Assembly (NCBI GenBank): GCA_963765765.1
Contig: CAVXYC010000020.1
Span: 576,001 to 640,000, forward strand
Direction: 5' to 3'
Length of the DNA stretch: 64,000 nt
Source: an uncultured Chloroflexia bacterium
GTDB taxonomy: Bacteria; Chloroflexota; UBA6077; JACCZL01
Below, piece after piece: positions 21,267 through 31,766 of the stretch (position 1 is its first letter; every line of letters starts with the position of its first letter). Made by a program: the position numbers and the translations under genes. The notes under the pieces were generated by a model. The model ran no database searches and had not been told where the DNA came from. It was given only the letters and a program-made list of their open reading frames with translations.

Positions 21267-23096
21267 CTAGGCCTGGGACGTCCCGTTTTGACGGGGTGCC
21301 TTGACCGCCACATCGTCCGCACCATCGCTAGAGTAGTAGTCACCATAATGATAGTAGTAGCCAGATGAGGTGTATTTGGAGAGCGGGTCAGCCCGATAGT
21401 CGTTCAGGACGACGCCAAGGATCGGCTTACCAGTCTGATCCAGGGCGTCAAGGGTGCGGCGCAGGGACGAGCGACTCGCCTTCAAGTTGCGCGCGACGAC
21501 CAGAATTCCGTCCGTCGCCGCCGCAACCAGTAGTGCATCTGCCACCGGCCCGACCGGCGGTGTGTCGATGATCACGTAGTCCCAGTAGCGTTCCTGTTCC
21601 TTGATGAAGCTGGCGAAGTCCTCAGAACCTAAGAGCGGTGTTGGGTCCAGGACAGAGTGGCTTACCGGTAGCAGCTCGAGGCCTTCCACCCCACTCGAAA
21701 TCGTCTTGATCACGCTCCCGATGCGTGCTGAATCGGCCGAGCGAAGTGCCTGGACCTGGCTCGGTGGCCCCTCAGACGTCGCCTGATGGCCAAAGATACC
21801 CCGGACGCCGCCCTGTCTGGTGCGCGCCGGCACGCTCCCCGTCAGGACCTGAGCTGGTGCCGACTGCGCAGCTCTTTTCGCCGACTCGTGCTGGTTCAAC
21901 GCCTCCATAATTCCTGGATCGCGCTCCACACCGAAGGTCTTGTGCAGCTCAGGTCGCCGAAAGTCCGCATCGATCAGGAGCACTCGCGAACCGGCCTTTG
22001 CGAGGGTGACCGCCAGGTTGGCAGCGACAACCGTCTTGCCCTCGCCCTGCAAGGAGCTCGTTACGATGATGCTCTTAAATGGATTCTTGAGCGCTTTAAA
22101 GCGTAGGTAGGTCCGCAACGTCCGAAATGCTTCGCCAGCCGGGGTATGGCTGTCATGCAGTGCCACCAGGCCGGATCGGCGGACGTTCTTGGGCCATTTT
22201 CTTGTGTTGATCCTGCCAACTACGCTGGCTGGTGCGGTTGAGATCACCGAGACAATGTCGCTCGGGGAGCGCATTCGATGGTCGAGCTGCTCCAGCAGAA
22301 AGGCCAACGCCCCAGCCGCGACCAGGCCCCCGAGTAACCCACCGACCATTGCTTGATAACGGGGCGTCGTGGTGATGGCGCGCGCCGCGCTAGCGCTGTC
22401 AAGGATCGTCGCCGTGTCGAAGCTGCTCCGAGCCCGCCCGGTCTCGATAAGCAAGTTCGAGTAGGTTGTCTCGAGCGCCTGGATTCGCTGCTCGACATTG
22501 TTCAGCTCGGAGATTCTGCTGGTGTCCCCTCCGGCGATGGCGCCATCCAGGTCGTCGCGCTGCCTCCTCAAGGCGTCGAGACGGGTCGGGTAGGCTTTGA
22601 GAAGCGTTTCCATCTCCGCAAGGCGAACCTGCGTGCCGCCCTCCTCCTGCTGTCGGCGCAGGTTCTCGGTAAGGAACACTTCGGCAACCCCCTGGGCCAT
22701 ACGCCGCGCGTCCTGCGGATTATCCCAGGTAACCGCGAGGCGCATGATGTTCGTGTTTGGCGTTAGCCTGGCCGTAATCGAGTTGGCCACCGCCTCGGGT
22801 GGAACGCTCAGGCCAAGCTGATCTACCACGAGCTGGCCGAACGTTCGGCTGCGTAACACTTCCGCGTACGACGCCGCGAGGGTGTTGATGTTGTTCCCGG
22901 AGCGGCCGGTGGGATCGTCAGTATATTCGAGCAGGCCGCCTCTGGCCGCTGGGTTGAGCTGCAGGGTGACAAATGACTCGAAGCGCTGGGGAGCATCCGT
23001 GCTGGTCAGGTACGCCTGTCCCAGGCCGAGGATAGCCCCGATGAGGAATATGTACCAGCGTCGGATCAATACCTGGGCGAGGGCGGCGAACTGCAT
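21267..23096 (-). CDS. wzc: Polysaccharide chain-length regulator / tyrosine autokinase (Wzz-CpsD fusion, Wzc-like)
   Basis: Two TM segments around a coiled coil, EAFRTLRT, Walker A GEGKT, IDADFRRP, IDTPP, C-terminal Tyr cluster YTSSGYYYHYGDYY. Confidence 0.9.
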   Translation of the reverse strand: MQFAALAQVLIRRWYIFLIGAILGLGQAYLTSTDAPQRFESFVTLQLNPAARGGLLEYTDDPTGRSGNNINTLAASYAEVLRSRTFGQLVVDQLGLSVPPEAVANSITARLTPNTNIMRLAVTWDNPQDARRMAQGVAEVFLTENLRRQQEEGGTQVRLAEMETLLKAYPTRLDALRRQRDDLDGAIAGGDTSRISELNNVEQRIQALETTYSNLLIETGRARSSFDTATILDSASAARAITTTPRYQAMVGGLLGGLVAAGALAFLLEQLDHRMRSPSDIVSVISTAPASVVGRINTRKWPKNVRRSGLVALHDSHTPAGEAFRTLRTYLRFKALKNPFKSIIVTSSLQGEGKTVVAANLAVTLAKAGSRVLLIDADFRRPELHKTFGVERDPGIMEALNQHESAKRAAQSAPAQVLTGSVPARTRQGGVRGIFGHQATSEGPPSQVQALRSADSARIGSVIKTISSGVEGLELLPVSHSVLDPTPLLGSEDFASFIKEQERYWDYVIIDTPPVGPVADALLVAAATDGILVVARNLKASRSSLRRTLDALDQTGKPILGVVLNDYRADPLSKYTSSGYYYHYGDYYSSDGADDVAVKAPRQNGTSQA

Positions 23097-23232
23097 GCGA
23101 AGCTACTATAACTCCCTTGGGACACTTTCTACGATCTGCCGCGAGCCTCGGCCTGTGATATTCCGGGCCGCGTGTGCGCGAACGGACTAACGCGGCGGCG
23201 GGTCCGATTCAAGGTGGACCTCGACGTGCCTG

Positions 23233-24319
23233 TTAGTCGGCGGATTCCGAATACGCCGCCCGCCGCAGACTGGTCGCGCCGCGCGCGACTAGATCCGCAA
23301 TCTGGATCGGAAGCCGGGGCACTTCGTTTAGCGGTGCTCGGCGCGACACTGTGGCGACGATCGGGCTCGGCCAGTGTGTCCGCAACACCTCTAGAGCACT
23401 GCTCGGCCGTCGGGCGATGTGCGACCATGGGATACACTCGCCATGAGCCTGGTGGTTTTTGCCTTTCTCCCACTGGCGAAGCACGGCTGGCACGAGCCAA
23501 CTGGGCAGCGGGTACGCCCGTTCCGCGATTGGAGTGTCGTCGATCCTCGCACCTAGTATCCGATGGGCCAGACCGATGGCCGCTATCGTCCACTCTGTCC
23601 GCCGCGGGTCACCACTCAGAAAGTAATCCCAGTCGAAATCGATCGGCCGGCCCTCCACAGCCGCTGCAATGTCGCACAGCCACAGCGGGCGCCACGCGCC
23701 GTGCCTGAGGAAATGCAGGCCAAGCAGGCGCATGTGGTCCTCCGGACCGAACATCCGGATACTCTGCTCACCGACTGGGACCACTTCTGAGCGACGATAC
23801 AACTCGTGGAACGGCCGATCGTCAAGCTCGTGACTCTCGCAGTGCAGGTCGACCACTGTGGACTTGGCCGCGCGCGTGAGGCAGGCCCGCGCGGCCGATC
23901 TCCTGCTCCGGTTGTAAGTACAGGTCGATGTCGCCACACGGTCGCAGCCCCGAATCTGGGTAGAGGCGTGCCGCCGCCCAGCCTTTCCCGAGCAGAGGCT
24001 CGACGCTTGCCGATCGCAGCATGCTGAAGATGCGTGCGATGTCCTGCGTGTTCACCTCGGCTTGCAGAGCCTGCCAACGAAATGCGTGCTTCAGTTCCTC
24101 AGCGGCCGGCGACTGGGCGAGCTCAGACCCACGCACGCGCCACCAGACCAGCGCGGCGCTACCTGATGCGTCGACGAGTGGGGTGAGATCACCCAACTCA
24201 ATGGCGGATAGGGGGAGTGTCAGCGGCTCTGGGCGCCAAGCGGCGGTAAGGCCACAACTGACCAGTGATCCCGAACCTACTCGCCCGTCCCGTATAAAAG
24301 AGACCTTCCCGACTGCAAT
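23233..24319 (-). CDS. Nucleotidyltransferase family protein (NTP_transf_5-like); frameshift near 23890; start uncertain
   Basis: LGKGWAAARLYPDSGLRPCGDIDL (KG..LYP..R..DID) in ORF 23822..24196 joined to VDLH...PEDHMRLLGLHFLRHG..LWLCDI in ORF 23233..23937. Confidence 0.8.
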
Positions 24320-24393
24320 ACTCGGTTACAGTACGCGCTCGACCGACCGACGAAACACGCCGCCGCGGCAACTCCAGAGGCATGGTCGAGTGC

Positions 24394-25062
24394 TCAGGCT
24401 GACAGGCAATGGAAGGGGTTAACGCCCACAGTCCGGCATCGCTTTCCATCTGGACCAAAGTTAGTAAAGTTGCAGCAGAGTTCGCCGGCCTGACAGGCCT
24501 CGCCCGCATTGATGCAGCAATTCTTCCCAGTCTGACCGGATTGCGCGCAATCGGTCCCTGCATCGGCATCGTTGCAGGAGCAGTTGCTGGTGGCGCAAGT
24601 CCCTCCAATGCATAGGTCCCTGACGCCCGGGCCACCGGCAGTGGTGCAGCACTGCCCCGGTCCAAGGACACTTCCCTGTGCCTGGGCGGTTGGCGCCGTA
24701 ATGGTCGATATCGCCGGCAGGACAATGGCGCCGCCAACGACGCCGATGCCGACCTTACGCATAAACGATCGCCGCGATACTTCAGCCACCTCCCTCGGCG
24801 GCTCAACTCGGTGCTCCAGGAGATCTGCTTGACTGAGCTGCTCGAGAGCGATCCAGACCACTCGCTCGTCAACCGGAGCGTCCAGCGCATCGCGCAACCG
24901 CGCTGCGAGCTCGGGGACGCTCGTCTCGCCATCGCAGCACCGCCAGACGAGAGTCGAAGTTTTGTTTAAGGAATGGGCTCGATGACGCAGCAAATCGTAG
25001 ACGAGCACCTCATCGTCCACTTCTCGCATGACCAAGCCGTCTTCTCGCGCGCGAGGTATCAT
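24394..25062 (-). CDS. PqqD/RRE-domain protein fused to an internal Tat signal and a Cys-rich C-terminal peptide (222 aa)
   Basis: GGAGG RBS before ATG 25062; residues 1-~85 PqqD-like (DEVLVYD..HSLNKTSTLVWRCCDG.TSV.EL); SRRSFMRK + hydrophobic stretch + AQA; 94-aa tail with 14 Cys. Confidence 0.85.
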   Translation of the reverse strand: MIPRAREDGLVMREVDDEVLVYDLLRHRAHSLNKTSTLVWRCCDGETSVPELAARLRDALDAPVDERVVWIALEQLSQADLLEHRVEPPREVAEVSRRSFMRKVGIGVVGGAIVLPAISTITAPTAQAQGSVLGPGQCCTTAGGPGVRDLCIGGTCATSNCSCNDADAGTDCAQSGQTGKNCCINAGEACQAGELCCNFTNFGPDGKRCRTVGVNPFHCLSA

Positions 25063-25372
25063 GCCGTTCCGCCCCTCCGGTGCCCTCCGACCATTTTCTC
25101 GCCGAGTTGCCTCCCAACTGTACGACAGATGGGTACACGACTCAGTAACGTGCGCCTTCGCCAGAATCCAGTAGCTTGAAATGTACCATACTCGGCTTAC
25201 ACCCACCGGCGCACACCCACTTGTAGGGATTGATGGCACGCTAGAGCGTCTTGCTCGCGAAACACTGGAAAATCGCACATCCGAATGACGTGCGGATTCG
25301 GATTGCGATCATCTTGAATTAAGTTCCCAAAGCTGAGCGTTCTGCAATTGAATGTGCGTGATCCGGATCGCA

Positions 25373-26200
25373 TCAGGAAGACAGGGGCGTGCCTGCACCG
25401 ACCGCCTTCAGCAGGGTCATCGCCGTTTCATGCGCGTCACCGCGTGCTCCCTTGATGACCGTCGCGCACGATGCCACCTGCCCGAGAGTCTGGAATGCCC
25501 GCTCCGGCCGACGTCTGGCGGGCACCGTGTTCGCTAGCATCTCGAGCACCGCCGATCCTGCGGAGAGCCTCTGTGGACGCCATGGCTCATCGGGCTTGTA
25601 ATGCAGCATTGCTACCAGGGCAACCGGCAGTGGCTGGGTTCCGACACTGCCGAGCGTCTCTGGGTGCAGCCGCCGCGGCCGCTCCCCAGCGCCACCTCGC
25701 AGCGAAAGCGGGCGCGCGAACGGGTGCAACTGGCCGCGACTGTCCAGTACAGCGTATTCATCAGAGTAATAACTTGCGCCAGCCCGAATAAGCGCCTCCA
25801 CTAGGGTCGACTTGCCGCTCATCGACGTCCCGGGGATAATGATCGCCCGCCCGTGCCAGCCAACCGCCCCGGCATGTACAAACAGCCGCTGCCGAGCAAA
25901 CTCCGCCACATACAGATGCAAGTCTGACTGGAAAAGCTCGAACAGAACGTTCTGGTCAGCGGTGCGGACCAGCTGCTCAGGACCCTGCCAGAGCCAATAG
26001 TCTCGTCCAGACCCGCGCCCCTCGATCTGAAGCGAATACAGCCGATCGACCAACGGGGATCCAACCGACCGCCAGCCTGGAGGCAAGTAATCAATGATGT
26101 CTTTGAGGACCGATCGGTCGGAGACGCGCACGCCGATTTTCAGGCCGTAGGACGAGAAGGCTAGGCCACCACTCCAGTCGAGAGCGTCGATCGTCGCCAT
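25373..26200 (-). CDS. HPr kinase-related P-loop kinase
   Basis: FVHAGAVG..AIIIPGTSMSGKSTL (His + Walker A), YYSDEYAVLD, the signature of HprK-related kinases. Confidence 0.85.
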   Translation of the reverse strand: MATIDALDWSGGLAFSSYGLKIGVRVSDRSVLKDIIDYLPPGWRSVGSPLVDRLYSLQIEGRGSGRDYWLWQGPEQLVRTADQNVLFELFQSDLHLYVAEFARQRLFVHAGAVGWHGRAIIIPGTSMSGKSTLVEALIRAGASYYSDEYAVLDSRGQLHPFARPLSLRGGAGERPRRLHPETLGSVGTQPLPVALVAMLHYKPDEPWRPQRLSAGSAVLEMLANTVPARRRPERAFQTLGQVASCATVIKGARGDAHETAMTLLKAVGAGTPLSS

Positions 26201-26629
26201 GGATACACGCCTGCGCCTCAAACCCGGCGGTTCGGAGATGCACATCAATGTCGGAACATCCGGGCGTAACATTCGACCTTCGTCCCCCCTTAGCAGCCGC
26301 CCTTACTCGGGCGCGTCCTGAAGCATGTAGCGCCGGTCAACGCCATACTCCGCCGCTTTCTGTCAAATGGCTGTCGGAGCAGGTCAATCCTGATTGAACG
26401 TCACGACAACTCGACCGTTTATTTAGCGGCTATTCGCGACAGTATGCGTACGACCACTCGTCACCACCCGAAAGCGTAGTGGGAGCTCACCGTATTGAAA
26501 AAATTTACATCATAGCTATACGCTCGGGGTTCGCAGTATCGGATCGGCTGGAAGCTCCGCTTGCAAATGCAATAGTGCGGATGATAACTCGCGGGCTTGG
26601 AGTACCATCGACGTACGGAGATGCATGGT

Positions 26630-28182
26630 ATGGACATACTGCTCATTCTGGCCAGGCTGCTGCTCGCATCGGTCTTCGGCTTGGCCGCCGCTACCAAACT
26701 GGCCGATCGCGACGGCTCGCGGCAAGGGCTAGTCGATTTTGGCGTTCCGTCCCGACTGGCGGCTCCACTCGGACTTCTGCTCCCCATTCTAGAACTCGCC
26801 GTCGCCGTCGCCCTGATCCCGTCCTTCACTGCCTGGTGGGGGGCCATCGGGGCCCTCGGACTGCTTCTCGTTTTCCTTGGAGGGATCGGCTACAGCCTCG
26901 CTCGAGGGCGCACACCAGACTGCCGCTGCTTCGGTCAGCTCCATTCCGCTCCGATCGGGAACGCGACAGTCATCCGCAATGCTGTATTGGCCGCCGTCGC
27001 CGTCTTCGTCGCGCTCGCCCCACCCATCGCGCAACCTAGTGTCATCGCGTGGGCGGGTGACCTGACAACCGCCCAACTTCTGATTGTTGTTCTCGGCCTG
27101 ATCGGGGTCGGTCTACAGGCGACGCTAGTCTGGTTCCTGTTTCAGATCATGCGACTAGGTTGGCGATCTCCCACAGCGGTTCGAAGCGCTCGAAATGCGG
27201 CTCGGGGGACTCGAAATGCGGCTCGGGGGAATGGTCGCCGGCGGCGCCCCTCCCATTGCCAGATGTTCTAGGCCGCAACGGGCACGCATCTACTCCCGAC
27301 CCCATGCAAGGCCTGCCGGTCGGATCAACGGCCCCGAAATTTGAACTGCCGTCGATCGATGGGCCGACCGTCAGCCTCGATGGGTTGCGCGCCGAGGGTC
27401 GCCCGGTACTGCTATTGTTCGTGGACCCAAATTGCGGCCCATGTAACGCGCTCGTGCCAGATGTTGCGCGCTGGCAGCGCGAACACGCCGATGAAACGAT
27501 CATCACGATCGTCAGCCGCGGAGCGTCCGAGGCCAACCGCGCGAAGTTCAGCGAGCGCGGCGTGGCGAACCTGTTACTGCAGCACGAGTACGAAGTGGCC
27601 GACGCCTTTCGGGCCCACGCGACTCCTGCCGCGGTTCTAGTTCGCGCCGATGGGACCATCGGAAGTCCCGTAGCCCTCGGGCCCGAGCAGATCCGCACCC
27701 TGATATGGAGCTCCGTGCTCACTCCACTGCCATTCGTCGCAACCGGGGCCCACCAGGCACGCGGCTTGGCGATCGGCGAGCCGGCACCGGATCTTAGTTT
27801 TTCGGACCTGGATGGTGGGACCGTCGACTTGGCCGACTTCCGCGGCGCCCGCACGCTGCTCCTGTTCTGGAGGAACAGCTGCGGCTTTTGCCAGGGGATG
27901 CTGCCAGACCTTAAGGCCTGGGACGCCGACCCGCCGCCCGCCGCCCCGAACCTGGTCGTCGTTTCACAGGGCACGCCAGAAGAGAACCGCGCCCTGGGCC
28001 TGCAATCGAGGGTCGTGATCGACGACTCATTCGCGGCCGGAGAGGCCTTCGGCGCCAACGGCACGCCAATGGCGGTTCTGCTCGATCCCAATGGTAAGGT
28101 GGCCTCCGGCCTGGTCGTCGGCGCCCAGGCGGTCCTGTCGTTGGCGGAGGCTCGGGTGCCGTCGCAGCCGCCGAACGGCTGA
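26630..28182 (+). CDS. MauE/DoxX membrane domain fused to two TlpA/AhpC-type thioredoxin domains; two frameshifts at ~27155 and ~27250
   Basis: RLLLASVFGLAAATKL..PILEL..PDCRCFG..IRN (MauE/DoxX); GLPVGSTAPKFEL..PNCGPC..TPAAVLV and GEPAPDL..SCGFC..GTPMAVLL. Confidence 0.85.
27189..27230 (+). repeat. 21-bp perfect tandem duplication encoding LEMRLGG x2 in the MauE-Trx linker
   Basis: CTCGAAATGCGGCTCGGGGGA at 27189-27209 and 27210-27230. Confidence 0.9.
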
Positions 28183-28249
28183 TCTGGGCTCGGTCCTGGC
28201 CGGCCCGCGCGACGCTTCGTCCTGGGATCCTACCGTGCGTCCTGACCCT

Positions 28250-29558
28250 TCACCGCCCACCGGTCCGCCTGCCCTGTGCTGCCACGCCATCGAGCAGCGC
28301 TTCGTACTGCTCCACCACCACTCGGGTCGAGTACCGCTCCACGGCCAGGAGGCGGCCATGCTGCGCCATCTGCTCGCGGGCACCGGGGTCGCGGTAAAGC
28401 CGGAGAATCGCGTTGGATAATCCGCGCGCGTCCTCCGGCTCCACGCAGACGCCGCAGCCCGTGGACTCGACCAGACTCCGCAAGTCGCTGCCGCGCTCGG
28501 CGCTCGCGAGCAGCGGGCGACCGCTGGCCATGATCTCGTAGATTTTCGATGGCATCGAGTAGCTCGCGGCGCGACGTCGATACAGCGACACCTGGACATC
28601 AGACGCGGCGCGCAGCCAGGGCAGGCACTCATTGGGCTGAAACGGTAGGAAGTGGACGTTGGCAAGTCCGAGCAGCGAGGCCTTCTGCTCGAGGGCTGGC
28701 TTGGCTACACCGTCGCCGACGATCAGGAACACCAGCTCCTGATAGTCTGACAAGAGCGCGGCGGCATCAAGCAGAGTATCCAGGTCGTAGACGTACCCGA
28801 CATTACCGGCGTGGCTGATCACGAACTTGTCCGCGAGCCCGTGCTGGCGGCTGAATGGGTTGTCTTTCCGCAGTGGCCGAATAACGTCGGTATCCACCCA
28901 GTTCGGAATGCTAGACACCTTGTGCGGAGGCACGCCCTTCCCCAACAGGTTGCTGCAGAACGAGGGTGTGATGACGCTGACGTGGGCGGCCACGTGGTAC
29001 ATGAACCGCTCGATGCGCTCCAGGATGGCGATCGCTGGCTTGCTGCGCAGCTGGCCGGCCGCGACCGGCGTTTCCGGGTAGAGGTCCTGGACGTTGTAGA
29101 CGAAAGGAATTCCTCGGAACATGCGGATGGCGGACGCGACCACGCCGGAGAAGAATGAGCCGTTGGTGCAGAAGATGACATCGTAGCGCCGCCGGGAAAT
29201 GATCCCCGCGACCGTCGCTAGCGCGCAGAACGACAGGTAGCTTAGCAGCCGATGTAGCATCCGCTGCTTCGTCCCTGAGGCATAGACCCACAGCCGCAGC
29301 ACGTCCATACCTTTGTAGTCGGACCGCTCGGCGACCTTGCCACGGTATTGGTCCCAAATCCGGAATCGCTCGTAGTGCGGGAATGTGGTGATCACCGACA
29401 CGCGGTGGCCGCGGGCCATGAAGCGCCTCGAAGAGCTGCGCCATTAGCAGGCCCGTCGAGTTCACGTCGGGAGGAAACTGGATGATGAGCAGCAGGATCC
29501 GTAATGGCCGCCGCCTCGGCTCGTGGCGAGCGTCTCGGAAGGCATTTCGCGCAGTCAC
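28250..29558 (-). CDS. Glycosyltransferase family 4 (WcaI/WbuB-like); frameshift near 29420
   Basis: RILLLIIQFPPD (ORF 28911..29558) joined to GHRVSVITTFPHY, VQDLYPE, IPNWVD, MPSKIYEIMASG. Confidence 0.85.
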
Positions 29559-29570
29559 GATATCGGCCTG

Positions 29571-31321
29571 CTAGCGCTTCTGGACAGCGTAGTTGCCGAT
29601 GAATAGCGAGTCCATTTTCGTCCGCAGGAAGCACTCAATCGCTTCTTGTGGGGTGCAGACGATCGGCTCGTTCTCGTTGAACGAGGTATTGAGCACAACC
29701 GGGACGCCGGTCCGGCGCTCGAACTCCTTGATTACCTGCCAGTACAGCGGCGCCGCTTGGCGATCGACGGTCTGGAGTCGTCCCGTTCCGTCGACGTGAG
29801 TCACCGCTGGGATGACTTCCCTGCTGCTCCGGCCGGACGTTGTAGACCTTGATCATGAAGGGGTCCGGATAGTCTTGGTCGAAGTACTTGCCGGTCGCGT
29901 CCAACAAGACCGACGGGGCGAACGGGCCGGAACGGCTCGCGGTGCTTGATGCGAGCATTGAGTACGTCCTTCATTTCTGCCCGTCGCGGGTCGGCCAGGA
30001 TGCTGCGGTTGCCCAGCGCACGAGCACCCCATTCCATCCGACCCTGGAACCAGCCCACCACTTTCTCCTCGGCCAGCAGCTCTGCAACTCTGCGGCACAG
30101 CTCGTCCTCTTCGAGCACATCGTAGGCCAGCCCGCGGCGGTCCAGTTCCGCCGCGATGCGTCCGTTGGCGAACTGCGGCCCGGTATAGGCATCGGTCATA
30201 ACCTGGGCGCGCGGACGACCCAGTATTTGATGGTGGATGTAGTAAGCTGCGCCCAGGGCCGTTCCAGCGTCACCGGCGGCCGGCTGGACGAAGATGTCCC
30301 GAAATGCCGTCTGCGGGCGAATCTTGCCATTGAAGACGCTGTTCAGCGCGACCCCACCGGCCAGGCAGAGCGCTTCCTGGTGGGTGCTACGCTGCAGCAT
30401 CCTCACCAGGTTGAACGCGGCCTCTTCCAAGACCGCCTGGAGCGAGGCAGCCACATCGAGCTGGTGCTCGGTGAAGCCGTCGAGCCGACCGCCTTGGGCA
30501 TCTGGCTGGCGGGGTAGTCCGAAGATGTCCACGAACTTATCGGAGTAGAGCGTGCCAAGCAGAGGCGCGCCAGCGTCCCAGGTCATCGTCGCCCCGCCGG
30601 CGTGGTGAACGAATGCGTCCAGATTAAGCTCAAAGGTTCCGTCGCGCTGCGGGCGCACGATCCTGTGCATCTCATCCAGATAGCGCGGTTGGCCATAGGG
30701 GGCCAGGCCCATCACCTTGCCCTCGTCCCCATAGCTCGGAAATCCCAACCATTGGCTCACGGCGGTGTAAAAGATCCCCAGGGAGTGCGGGAAAGTAACG
30801 CTTCCCAGCACTTGCATCTGGTTCCCGCGACCTACACCCCACATTGTGCTTGTGAAATCGCCCATGCCATCCAGCGATAGGATGGCCGCCTCGTCAAAGG
30901 GCGAGACGAAGAAGGCACTCGCCATGTGGGCATGGTGGTGCTCCACGTTATGGAACTCCGCCTTGAGCGCTGCTGCGTCGAGTCCCAGACCTTCGACTAA
31001 CGTCTTCTTCGGGTCGCCGACCTTCGCCGCATTGGCCAGTCGGTCGCGGATCAGGTCAAAGCTCGGCCGTCGACGGAGCGCAAACAGAACCTTCTTGTGG
31101 AGATTCGCGCTCGGGTCGCGCGAGATCCCGACGTGGTCCAGGTCATAGGCCGTGATTCCGGCTTCCGAGAGGCAGTAGCGAATCGCCTCGACTGGAAATC
31201 CGGCCCAGTACTTAATGCGACGAAACCGCTCTTCTTCCGCCGCTGCAATAAGGACCCCATCGCGGATAAGGCAGGCAGAAGCGCCGGCATGATAGGCGTT
31301 GATACCGAGTATGTCCGTCAA
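29571..31321 (-). CDS. Carbamoyltransferase, NodU/CmcH family; frameshifts near 29930 and 29815
   Basis: [76 protein letters not shown]. Confidence 0.9.
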
Positions 31322-31766
31322 AATGCAATTTCTCGTGACGTAGGATTTTGACTCTGATCAGGATTGTACTGCTGGTCAGAAGCGATTACTTTCAGTTGTT
31401 ATTTGTATCGGCAACGTGCAGCAGACCGGTCCGAGTCGCGAGACTTTCAGCTATTACTCTCAGCACAGACATCAGTTGGTGGAGTGCCATAAGCTCACCA
31501 CTGTGCCCGACAAATCCGCGAGCACCTTCGTAGGTTTGATCGACCCGCCGCCGCGCTTCGGCCACACCCAGGCGGATCGACCGCAGCTGTGGGCGTTGCA
31601 TACTTGCAGTGCGAAACGGGAGGCAGGGACCCTCCCATCCCATCGCCATGTCACTCGGGCCTCGAGGACCGTTCGTGGGTCGGGACCCGACCTAGGAGCA
31701 GGTCCGGAAGTGGGGTAAGAGCGGCTCACCCTTCCACATCCGCCGGCTCCTCGCTTCATTTCAATC

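Noticed and set aside
24394-25062. PQQ biosynthesis or radical-SAM (ranthi/sactipeptide) cluster
   Set aside because: No pqqA/B/C/E and no CxxxCxxC radical SAM gene in the window.
25063-25278. 72-aa N-terminal extension of the RRE precursor
   Set aside because: A strong GGAGG RBS precedes ATG 25062 and the PqqD similarity starts there.
26630-28182. Methylamine dehydrogenase (mau) cluster
   Set aside because: No MauA/MauB/MauG. The Cys-rich core has no Trp, so it cannot form TTQ.
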